Shown: positions 24,367-35,872 of the stretch, one piece after another
How the letters are laid out: the number at the start of each line of letters is the position of its first letter
Position numbering within the stretch: position 1 is the first letter of the stretch
NCBI GenBank assembly: GCA_964016885.1
Contig: OZ024741.1
Location: forward strand, 325,748,001 to 325,812,000
DNA length: 64,000 bases
Direction of reading: 5' to 3'
Source of the DNA: Eledone cirrhosa
Taxonomy: Eukaryota
The notes under the pieces: generated by a model
What the model was told of the DNA's origin: nothing
The model's input: the letters and a program-made list of their open reading frames with translations, nothing else
The model's database searches: none
Made by a program: the position numbers and the translations under genes

Positions 24367-24975
24367 TCAGGTCACCAGTTGGTGCTACTGGTAACATGTA
24401 TCCCAGTACAACCTGTCTCATGGTCGGGTCGTTGGCGACTAAACTGGCAACCCCACCAAGTTTCTTGGTGAGGAGGGTGACTTTGGACATCCTGCAGGAC
24501 TAAAAACAAAACCCGTCAAAGGGCAAAGGAGCTCTTAAGAGTCAATGGCCATCCAAAATCACCGGGAGAGATGACCCCTTAGCCTTTGTCAAGGCAGAAT
24601 TCTAGGAGAAGGAAAACTCTGATGTAACACCTGCAACCCTGATGGTATCCAATGATGTTGATTTGTTCTTCTTTTTGGTAAATATCATCTTGGTTAAGAG
24701 AGTGGGACTGGCTTTGTGCAGTGCCTTTGCTCACTATAAAAGCTTCACGGCACAGGCATTGCTTTATATCTGGAGATCTCTCTGCACTTGTCGTCACATG
24801 GTACCATGGGCCCAGCACTATGTGTCAATAATTGTCGCAAGTGTAGTGTTTGTACCAGAGTTTTGAAGTCGCTGGCTGGACTAAAAAGTCTCACTCGTTC
24901 AGCGCATCGGTAGGGGTTCTCCTACATGGATATAAAGTAGTGGCCGTACTCGAAAACGAGTTGGCAGCCACCATG
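24367..24975 (+). mobile_element. Internally deleted (bipartite) non-autonomous RTE element
   Basis: RTE-like 5' UTR segment joined to the zinc-finger/3' UTR shared with 19389-19594; (TGTA)n at both ends. Confidence 0.65.
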
Positions 24976-24979
24976 TATG

Positions 24980-25024
<45 letters not shown>

Positions 25025-25074
25025 CTGTGTGTGTGTGGGGGGGGGGGGGAGCGCGCGTGTGTGTGTGTGAGTGT

Positions 25075-25719
25075 GACCAGGGGGAGTTATAAACAATATA
25101 TTGAGAAACACACAGATACATGCGGACTGTTTATAACTCCCCCTGGTCGAGTAATCCTTGAAGTGTAGTGACTGCTGGAAAGCTGCCATTACTCATACTT
25201 CTTGCCTCCTTAACCACCTCTTCTACGGCCTCGATATAAATATCCCCTCCGCCTCCGTGGTATTTTTTTCAGGGTTATAAGGGGCTTAGCTCTGTTTCTT
25301 GACCGTTGTATCACGTGATTGACTCCCCTCCGCCTTTTGGGATTCTATCTCACATCTTATAGACGTGTTCTTTGAAGCTAGTAAAATGAGGTATCCTCTT
25401 GATAAGTCGGCAGACCTCACAAAGGCTCTATATCTCTGTGATGTATTGTTTTTGATTATGCCACGAAACTACGCAGTCGAGGAATCTAGTAGCAGTTTAG
25501 GTATGATACATCTTATTACTAATTATATCTAAATGTTTCTTCTCTCTTCATAATGTACTTTTAGCTCTGATACTGGTTCAGTCTAATCCATTCGGATTGG
25601 TTTGTCCCAGTTATTCATAGAGCAACATCGGTTAAGGTTGGCACCATTAACTCAGGGATGGATGTGGATATATTCATGTATATGTATGTGTCCGCATGTA
25701 TCTATGTGTTTCTCAATAT

Positions 25720-25724
<5 letters not shown>
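25075..25724 (+). mobile_element. Retrozyme-like element (family 6): one 594-nt monomer plus an inverted junction fragment
   Basis: 25075-25127 read on minus joins the end (25690-25724) to the start (25128-25148) of the plus-strand unit. Confidence 0.8.
25394..25483 (+). ncRNA. Type I hammerhead ribozyme, U3-A8 core variant, long stem II
   Basis: TCCTC-TTGATAA-GT(C)GGCA...TGCCAC-GAAA-CT ACGC AG-TC-GAGGA; predicted cleavage after 25478. Confidence 0.78.
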
Positions 25725-25772
<48 letters not shown>

Positions 25773-25888
25773 GAAAAGTATAGAAATTGTTGTAGCGAGA
25801 AGCGAACAGTATTCCATAACATATATGTGACTATATCGTCAAAATGGGAAAATAGTTAACATAAGATATGGGAAAAATAATTCAGACT

Positions 25889-25963
<75 letters not shown>

Positions 25964-26107
25964 TATTTTGGGACGCTCATGTTGCCAGTATTGCCAATAA
26001 AATCTTTATCATTCGTTTGTCAAATTTCTTTCCTCATACATTGAGATCTCTTCAATGATCCTCTGTGCTCTTTTCTGCCTCCTCCTCTTTCTTGTCTGAA
26101 ACTTGTA

Positions 26108-26146
<39 letters not shown>

Positions 26147-26153
<7 letters not shown>

Positions 26154-26319
26154 AAAAAAAGATGAAATCGAAAATGCAACTGGAGACTTATTTAAAATAT
26201 ATATATATACTTTTTTTAAAATAAGACTCCAGTTGCATTTTCGATTTCATCTTTTTTTCTTTATACCTTCAACGTGTATGACACCTCGGTTATTTTTTAT
26301 TTTGTTAAAAAAACCTCAC

Positions 26320-26326
<7 letters not shown>
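26147..26326 (+). mobile_element. Miniature fold-back element in (TA)n
   Basis: ~51-bp arms 26147-26197 / 26214-26265 plus a 60-nt tail; same architecture as the larger ones. Confidence 0.7.
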
Positions 26327-26387
<61 letters not shown>

Positions 26388-27974
26388 ATATATATTTATA
26401 TATATATATATATGTTGAACAATGAAAAGAAAAGGCAAAGTTTTGTGCATAATCAGTTCATTGTTTCTGTTCTGTTTGATAGTATGAACCCAAGTGGACC
26501 AGCATTCCGTCACCAGTGGTTGAAACTGTTCACATCCATTTCGATGATCTATGACCACGGTTAAATTTTACATGTGCCAAGCATTATATTTATTTCTCAT
26601 TGTTTTTAGCCACAGCACACATAATAAACTCGAGTGTCTTCCTTTCATCCGTTCATTTCCGGCGTACAAGTCTGCGTCGTTCATTGACGGCAATAGCTAC
26701 TTAGCTTTCCAGCCTATAATTGATCCATAAACATATAAATCCTATGTTTCTAATGAACGACACTGCTGATGATTTTAAAAATAATTTTGAAAATAATGAC
26801 TGAGAAGGATTTACTAACAGAAACTGACATTATTAAGCTGGTGTTAACGAAGGTTTTTACATAAAATTATGTTGGAAGGTTTTAGATGAATATACATACT
26901 TTATGAGAATCTTTTATATCAAAACCAGAGGCAGTTTCAGGTCATTTGATATCAAATGAGTTAAAATACATAGATAGAAAGGCAGGAGATATTTTTTGTG
27001 TCACAACTTCAGAAAGACAGCAATCCGTTTGAGGAAGAAGCCCCGTGGGGCTGGGTGGCTGTTACAGCAGGTCTCGCTGGCAATACATTGGCCATTCTGT
27101 CTACGTGGCACGACCGACTCACCACCACTCAGATTGGGGTATAGAGTTTGTCCCTCACTTCTCCCTCTCGCCCTTTATTTTTTTGCTTCATTCTCTCTTT
27201 TTTCATTTTCTTCTTTCCCTTTCCATTTCTTTTTTTGTTTCATCTAAATATAACCTTTTTGTCTAACTTTACAATGTTCTTGACTTATTATTCTTGTCAT
27301 GATCTTTCTTTTATTCTTGAGTGATGACAATTTTCTTACAGTTGTATGACGTCATTACTTAGTAATATGCATGCACGCTTAATCGTGAACGTTTTGTTTA
27401 CATTTTGCTATTACAATAGCCCTGAATTTTTACATGCATTAATTCTTGAAATAAAAACAAAATGGTTGCCTTTCAATTGGCTGTTCTGCTGCGTGCTGTA
27501 GTATATATAAGGAAATGTGTCACTAATGTGTCACTTCACTTTTTTTGTTGTTAAAACTGGTTGTTAATTTTTATTATTTTATTTTTTAGTCTTTTACTTT
27601 CTTCTATCTACGCTCGCTCTTCCTTTCATTCTTTATACGTTTATTTACAAATTATTTAGAATCGAACCTATATTAGTAACCCGAGGGCCAGTAGATTCCA
27701 TGCATAATGTACTTTTAAAACATCTGGTATCTGGCATTCAAGTTACTGCTTTATCTTCACATCTATAAAAAGACAAATTATACGTCGCTTTAATCGTTTA
27801 TTGAGTTTTGTTTATCCCGTTCGCACAGGCAATCTACTTATTTCCGTCCCTCCTCTTCTCACTCTTTATATTTCTATTTCATATTCTTCATTCTATCTTC
27901 TGATAAAGGAATAATGTCCAAAATGTTGAGATTCTTTTCCTGTTATTTTAAGCGTTGAACTAATATATATTTTC

Positions 27975-30030
27975 ATTGTGATCTGAATAGGCGGCCATTT
28001 GAAAGTAGGGACAACCTATACTTATCTATTGACCTAATGAAAACCTATCTATATACGATCTAGATGACCCTATGCGGTTGGTCCATGTCCACACTGGCTC
28101 ATTAGGGAAATCTAGTTGCTACCTGTCGGACAGTTGGAACTAGCTGATCAGATACTTGAAGCTTTTGCACCCCCAGTTCCTATCAGCTACTCCCACACAA
28201 TCCCAGCGTGCATCTAAAATGCCATTCCAACCCCCTGCTAACAGTAAAGCGCGAGACGTTCCCGGAAAGGCCTCCATGCGCCTAAAGAAGTCCGGTCCTC
28301 CGATCCCTGCTGAGGCGTAGACAGCCACCAGTCTAAAGACATCACCTTCGCTTTTGTTCACGCCCAAGACCGCCGACATACCGTTCGGGTCACAGAAGAT
28401 CGACCTTACCTCGAGGTACAGGCCTTTTCCAAACAGCACTACACCTACCATCCCAGCTGACTAAGAGATGCGAAGATCTGATAGTCGTTGAAAATGAGGA
28501 CTAGTGCGAACGTGTCATAAATTGTGGTCCTGCTGACGGCAATCACATCCATATCAAATGATCTGAGGTCGTTCAGCAGGCGACCCAACTTCCAGGACGA
28601 CCCCAGGCCACGAACATTTAAACAACCTACTCCCAGGGTGGTCATGATGGCAGGCTAAAATAGAGAGGAAAGGTTTACTTGCCTCTCGGGAGCTTGTCGA
28701 TGACGAGTGGTTCGATCTCCATGGTTGATGGGTTTTCCTTTGGAAATTCCTTTAAATGTCTTGATGCGGGTTACATATTCTGGGTTCCCACGTCCCAAGT
28801 AAAGCTCTTCTTAATCTCTTTGCACCGAACGACATACGTACCATCATTAGATCCTCAGGTACGCGATATGTGCTGATGCCGAATATTCCCCGCCCCTTTT
28901 CCATGTCTTGCCTTCGTGCTATGAGGGCCATCAAATCCGTTTTGTCCCTTATTATTAGCACGAAGTTTTCTTGTTACGTTCTTGTGTTTGTTGTGGTTGT
29001 TTGCGTTTGGGGGATTATGGTAGTGGTGATAGTGTTGGTGTTGTGGAAGTGTTTGTGTTTGTTTTGTGTGCGTGTCTGCATTTTCTGTCGTGTGTGCATG
29101 TGTGCGTGTGTGTGTGAAAGAGATATGTGGAGTGTTTTTGTGTGCTTTTTAATTTGTTTTCTTTTAGCTTCTGGTTTTGCCTCGTCTTTGCTATTGGAAG
29201 TAGAGGTGTCTGTGTCTGTAAGTGTGTCTGTGTGTGTGTCAACGTGTGTATGTTGAGGGGAAGGGAAATGGAAGAGCTTTCTTTGTTTTCCTTCTAGGTA
29301 GTCAAAGTTGGTGGTGGCGTTTCCGTTGGTGTTATTGCTGGTGGTGTTGCCGGTGCTGGTGTTGGTGGTGGTCCCCTCCCCGGTGTCGGCAGCAGTGGAG
29401 GCTTACGAACGTTTGCATTTTTGAGTTGAGGGCTGAAGGCTCGCAAATACGTTGTTTCGCCGCAGACTAAACCATGCGGCCTTTCCCCTTCGGTCATTAC
29501 CTGTAGTGCTGTCCCATTTTGGAGAAGGATGTGGTCCGGGAGTTTTCTCAGGTTCTCAGTCCTGATCTAGAGAATTATCTCCAAGTCAACCATAGAACCG
29601 TGCTCCCTGGCTGTTCTGGTCGCGTCGATCAGGACGACACCTGTCCCTTCCAGAATCACGGAAACCAGAAGCCACCACAAGTCTAGTCCTGGTGGAATCC
29701 TGGGAATGTGGATTCGAACTGTTCTTTTTTCCCATGTGAGAGGGGTACATAATGACCTTGCTGGTTTTGCAAGGGGTCACCGAGTGTTTCATAGCGAGGG
29801 CGTCTGACTTAAACAGCTCCAAGATGGTGCCGTATTGTCGACCCCTCGCTATGTACTCGGTGTCATCTCTGATGCACCGCGGCGCAGCATCAACTTGTGC
29901 TTGGGGAATGATCGCCGCCTTTTTAGTCTGCACTGAAATGCTTCTAAAGACCACCGTTCTTTTATCCACTGCTTCGATGGCTTCTGCCGGGGCGATTACG
30001 TTGGTTTGCTCTTGTTTAATATTTTCCATG
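27975..30030 (-). mobile_element. 3'-truncated, decayed Tx1 LINE (ORF1 plus APE)
   Basis: ORF1 pieces incl. VCGETTYLRAF knuckle remnant; APE MTTLGVGCLNVRGLG..FRLVAVYA..WNGILDARWD. Confidence 0.85.
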
Positions 30031-30561
30031 CCTGGGTCAACTGTTTCTCTTTTTCGCTAACGTCCATGAGGAAGCATGGTCTTTTTGTGGCTGCTGCAGC
30101 AGCGAAAGAGTTCTTGGTGTTGTTCGTGTTGCTGTTGCCGGTGCTGTTGCTGGTCCCATTGTTGTTGGTGATGTTTTATCGACCCCTTAAGGATGAAAGG
30201 CAAAGCTAACCTCGGCGGGATTTGAAATCAGAACATAAAGCGCCATAATGCTGAGTGACAAGCGAATCGTCCCCGTAAATCTGTTGTTTTTTATATGTTT
30301 AAAATACTTGTCTTGAAATAATTGTTGTTGCAAAAGGAACATAAGCTTTTGCCCTCAAGAAGTGAGATATAGTAATACTTGGATCTTTAGCCCAAATACT
30401 TAATTTTTATATTCTAAAGTTGACCCCAAATTTCTTTTACAAATGGAAACGAATAACCCCTCTGCGTACACAGAACGGAACAGGCCAAAAATAATTGCTT
30501 TATAATCGCCACCACCGCCAATTCATCTAACAGCACAACAGACATTACAAATACAGCCACA

Positions 30562-32885
30562 TAATAATGGTTTCTTTATTGGCCACAAGGGCTAACATGA
30601 AGAAAAACATTACAGACGGCACAGGACGATACAAAGTGGATTTTGGCCGTGTAAAAAGGTTATAAAAGACAGAAACGTGTAAAATAAATTAAAAAACAAA
30701 AAAATTCCCCAATAAGGGGGAAGCTTCCAACGGTCACTCGTGGCGAAACCACACAAAAAACCACGGCCACCCTGATCACCCGGGCAAGCGCCCTCTTTCA
30801 GTTTTCCCACTCCTTAGTCTACAGGCGCATCGGACTAGATTCGCCACTTTCACCCACCTTTCAACAAACTTACTAGAAGACAGCACCTTCCTCTCCACCC
30901 TGATTTTCCTCTTCAAGTGAAACTTGAAAAAGTTAATCAGGGATTGGCCGGAGAGGAAAGTGTCCGTCTTCAACCCTTTCAACCTTATCCACCACACAAT
31001 CTCTTTCATCATGGCCACCAGGCAGATGAAGACTGCTTGCCCTTCCTCCTCTTTAAAGGAGGATGGCGGGGTTATCTGCACAATGGACTCAGTCGATAAC
31101 CGGATCTGTCCTACACGTGACAGCAACTGTTCGACATAGCTCCACATGTCAGCAATTCTCGGGCACTGAACGAGTGCGTGCAGGACGGTTTCGCCGTCCT
31201 GCGCGCATCTCGGACGGGCTCGGCTGACAGCACCCCCGTACCTGTAGAGCTTATCCCGAACCGGCAACGCTAGCACCGAAACGGTAGCACTGTCAGGCCA
31301 GGGATTCTGGAAATTGTCCTTAGGCCCCAGGTTGAAAATTCGCTTGAAGAGAGCAAACAGCTGATCGTCTTCGACGCCCAGGGTCTCCCCGAGAACGTCG
31401 TTGCCCTTCCTCTCCACTAGCCCTCTATAGAATGCCAAGGTGGATGTTCCACCGATATCAGTGCCCAGCTGGTGGAGGGCGGTAAGCGCTTGGAGACATT
31501 CCAGCTTCCAAGCGCTATCCCTCGGTCTTTTGCTGATCCAGGACTGCAGCTCCGTCAAGGAGACGAGCTGCGGAAAAGCGTGTCTGGCAAACGGCGACCA
31601 CACCTGTTCACCGTCAAGGAAGCACCAGAGATGTTGCAGCCTCAGCGCATATTTGCGCAACTTCAGCCACGGCATACCCAGTCCTCCACGCAACGGGTTC
31701 CGACAGCAGATGGATCGTTTGATCATGGGAGCACGTCCCTTCCACAAAAAGCGGAAGAGAAGGCGCTCCATTTTAGTCAGAGTTGGACGGGGCAAGGTAC
31801 GACGGTCAGGCGGTAGCAGATGACAGACGCGATGTACGCATTCGCCACCTCCGCTCGACTTTTTTCAGAGATAGCCTCCTCTCAGCCCATTTCTGGGTGA
31901 GAGAAGCCACCCAGATCGTCACCTCGCTCCAGTTTTTCTCCATCTGGTGGTCCGGACCGAACCAGACCCCAAGCAATTTAACCAGTCCTTTCATCCAGCG
32001 CCCCACGATGCTGTCGGACGACATGGACTTGCCTCTCCAGGTGCCGAGTTGCAATCCTACCGACTTTTCCTGGTTTATCTTTGCTCCTGTCACCGCTTCG
32101 TATTCCTTGAGAGCGGTGCCGGGCTTCTGAACGTGTTTGGTGCTCGACACTACCACGGTGACGTCGTTGGCGTAAGCCGACACGGATCTTCCGCATCTCA
32201 GTTCGCGAGGTACCCCCCTCATGGTCTCCAATTTGTGTAGTGATGGCTCGAGGGCCAGTACGTACAACGAGAGAGGACAACCTTGGAGCACCCAGCGCAT
32301 GATGCTGAACGGCTCTGAGAGGTGACCATTCACCCTCACAATCGAGCAGATGTTGCTGTGCATCGCAGCGATCCAGCCTCTAAAAACAGGCCCGAAGCCG
32401 GCCGCCTCGAGGGCCGCAGCCAGGTACCGATGGTCGACCCTGTCAAATGCTTTATATTGATCCAAGTTAATCAGGGCCCCACCTGTGCCAGGTTCCTTAA
32501 CGACCCTGTCTATGATGTATCGCATGAGATGGAGGTGGTTGTGGATGGATCTGTCAGGAAAGGCGCATGTCTGCGCCTCTCTCACCAGATCACCGACGAC
32601 AAGCGTCAATCTCTTTGCTAACACCTTGGCCAAAATCTTGAACTCTGTGTTTAGCAGAGTTATGGGCCTGAAGTTGTCTATAACGTCCCCTTTGTTCGGG
32701 TCTTTTCTCAGCAGCGCCACCGCTCCCTGGGTCACAAAACTGGGAATGCTCCCGTTCTGCTGCCAGTTGCAGTAGAGATCTGCCAAGAGGTCGCCGAACA
32801 AGTCTGGCATGTACGCATAAAGCTCGTAGTGTAGATCATCCAAACCTGGCGATTTACCTCTCGTACAGTTAGACATCGCTTCCAC
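30562..32885 (-). mobile_element. Tx1 LINE 3' half (RT to 3' UTR)
   Basis: ORFs 31806..32885 and 30776..31795; ends AATAAAGAAACCATTATTA. Confidence 0.9.
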
Positions 32886-32892
32886 ATAAATA

Positions 32893-33007
32893 TAATAATT
32901 GTTTCTACTTTAGGCACAAGGCCAGAAATTACTCAGTGCATTACTGGTACTTTATTTTATCGACCCCGTAAGGATGAAAGGCAAAGTCAACCTCAGCGGG
33001 ATTTGAA
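32893..33007 (-). mobile_element. SINE 3' part
   Basis: Homologous to the 14263 family. Confidence 0.8.
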
Positions 33008-33486
33008 TAATGATTTCTTTCTTTATTATTTAAAAAAAAAAAAAAAATAATAAGTAAGCGGAAGGAACTTAGATGGCAACTTGGCTACAAGATTTGTAGT
33101 AGCAATCACCTACATACATACACAGACTAACGCAACACCCCACTCGAGCCCGTTGTTATGGCTACAAAGTTTAGTTTAGACGAATCAAAATACAAAAACA
33201 GCCACAACTACAACAACAACAACACTAGCAGTCCAAGTGACTTCAAAAAGTAGTCATTAATCTATTTATAGACTGATGTTGCTGGCCTGAAAAAAAAGAA
33301 AAAAAAAGAAAAAAAAGAAGAAAAGAACTATCACAAAAATCAAAACAAAAAAAAACAGCCACTGACATCAAACAATTACATTGACACCCACGCCGCCACT
33401 ACCACCACCACCACTACAACAGAAGTATTTGGAAAAGTAACAATAAAAAAAAATGATAATAATGATTTTATTATTAACTACACAAG

Positions 33487-33709
33487 GGGCGGTGGATTGG
33501 CAGTATCGGTAGGGCGTCGGATAACATGCTTTGCAGTATAGAGTTACAGCCCTTTATGATCTGAGTTCAAATCCCCCCGAGGTTAAATTTGCCTTTCATC
33601 CTTATAGGGTAGATAAAATAAAGTACCAGTCACGCACTGGTGTCGATTTAATAGACTTTTCCCGCCCCCAAAATTGTTGGCCTTATGCCTATATAAGAAA
33701 CCATTATTA
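33487..33709 (+). mobile_element. Full-length SINE
   Basis: GGGCGGTGGATTGGCAGTATCGG...GAGTTCAAATCC...AAGAAACCATTATTA. Confidence 0.88.
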
Positions 33710-33764
33710 GCCACACAGAGCTCACATTAAGAAAACATTAAAGACGGCACAAAGATCTTTAAGG

Positions 33765-33982
33765 GTAATAATTGTTTCTACTTTTGGTACAAGGCCAGCA
33801 AGTACCCAGTGTATTATTGGTACTTTATTTTATCGACCCCGTAAGGATTAAAGGCAAAGTTAACCTCGGCGGGATTAGGGGTAATAATTGTTTCTACTTT
33901 TTGGCACAAGGCCAGCAAATACCCAGCGCATTACTGGTACTTTATTTTATCGAGCCCGTAAGGATGAAAGGCAAAGTTAACA
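33765..33982 (-). mobile_element. Two tandem SINE 3' halves
   Basis: Two ~117-bp units starting at 33762 and 33879. Confidence 0.8.
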
Positions 33983-33984
33983 TC

Positions 33985-35829
33985 ATATGAACTGCCAAAT
34001 CCGGTGATGGTGCCTTAAATTCATTAAACCTCTTTATGAGTGCGTGTTGAACCTAAATAGTTCAAATAGGAGGCTGGAACTTCATGTGAAGGACTCTCAC
34101 CCGACAAGTACTCCTTGGCCCAGCAGCAGGGATCTGGCTGTCATCCAAATACTGTTGATGTTGGAAGGCGAAGAAGGAACGAGGCAAGAACCAACTGGAC
34201 GAAGGAATTGAATAAAACTGTAATGAAATGTTATTTGAAAAATGATCCCACTAAGAAATACTATAGGAAACGAATGCATAAACTCTGGAACGATATTGGT
34301 CTATTTAAATTAGGTGAACAAAATCTAGCAGGTCAGGCTCGTGTAATAAAAACTAATGGATGGATAAGCGAGTTGGAATTAGTGGAACTGAGCAGAGAGA
34401 ATGAGCTGGAAATGGAAGGAAGAGTAGATAAGGCAAATGAGCCTGTAGAAAAAAATGAGGGTGAAGTGGTTTGGAGTCCTGAGGATGTAACCAACGAAGA
34501 CAATGATTTAATTGTTGAGATAAATAACATCTGGAGTAAAGATATGGCCATTGAGAAATGAACTCTAACGGGCTAGGGCAAAATTTTGTTGATATTCTGA
34601 ATTTAATGGATGGTGGTAAAAATGAATAATGATAGTGGAAATCCTATGAATTTAAGATTTGTAGACAGAAACAAGTTAAAAAAAACGACAGTAAGGTAAA
34701 CAAGATCGTCCCATACTTGAGGTAAAGAATCTTCAACAATGTAACAAGATCCTTAAAGCAGCCTCAAATGTGGTGAAAAAGTCACTTTGTATCAAAACGA
34801 GAGAAAACAGATGAGAAAAGACAGAACCTTGGTGGAAGAAGCGGTTGAATGGTCAAACAAAGAAAATAAGAAAATACACCGGGAAACTTATGTCTTTATT
34901 GAACGGAACATTACAAAACATAATTACTAAGGATAGACTGATAAGGAACTACAACACAAAGGGAAAAAAGCTAAATAGTTAATAAGTTAAAAGTGCAAAA
35001 ATTAAAAGATATGAGAGCAGAGTTTGCCAGTATAGACAAAACCGCATATTTGAAAACAACTGGATGTTATCGCAACAACTTGAAGGAAAAGAAAGAGACA
35101 ATGCTATTTTTGAGGCTGAACGGACCAACACATTTTGGAGAGGGATAATAGCCGGGTAGAGTGGATTGAGACTGTTAAAAAGGAGGTTAATGAACAAACA
35201 CACCAACACCTGATTTGAGTATCACGGTTGAAACCCTTACAATAAATTAATCAACTGGAAATCATTAGGCCCAGATGGTGTGCAAGGATATGGGACTAAA
35301 AATATAATGTTCAATTACTGTTTGGTATCGGGTGAAGTCCTGCAGTGGTTGACAAGATGTACCACAGTTCTAAAAGACCAAACGAAAGGAAACGATGTTA
35401 CCAACTATAAGCCTATCACATGCCTGTTCTTGGCGTAGAAACTGCTAACAACCATTATGTCTGAGAAAATCTACTACCACCTCAACATAAACAACCGGAG
35501 GATCAGAAAGGATGCTGAAAGAAGTCCCGTGGTACAAAAAGCAGTTGTGGTCACTGAAAAAGGTGGTGGTAACACCAATAATAGTTGGAATGTTGGGAAC
35601 AAGGAGTAGATATCTTGAGAATAACATTAAACAAATAGGGATTGCAATGCGGATGGAACACTTACAAAAACAGCATTGCTTGGAACAGCTCGAATACTCC
35701 GGAGGGTACTCGAAGTATAATGGGTGCTACCCCAGTTCACTGGTAGTGAACAGCTAACACTAATACCACTAACACTAATACCACTAATCTCCAGCGTTAG
35801 AAGCTGAGCGAAGAAACAACAACAACAAC

Positions 35830-35869
<40 letters not shown>
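33985..35869 (+). mobile_element. Decayed, internally deleted R4/Dong LINE
   Basis: N-terminus homologous to the 45202 ORF (RTNWTKELNKTVMKCYLK); jumps from early RT to REL-terminal VVVTPIIVGMLG; (AAT)n tail. Confidence 0.85.

Positions 35870-35872
<3 letters not shown>

Noticed and set aside
19389-24975. Inverted ~205-bp repeats flanking the GIY-YIG fragment, resembling a composite transposon
   Set aside because: Both are RTE 3' ends with their own (TGTA)n tails, best explained as independent insertions
26996-27130. WLLQQVSLAI resembling a CRE/REL LINE C-terminus
   Set aside because: Too short to support a call
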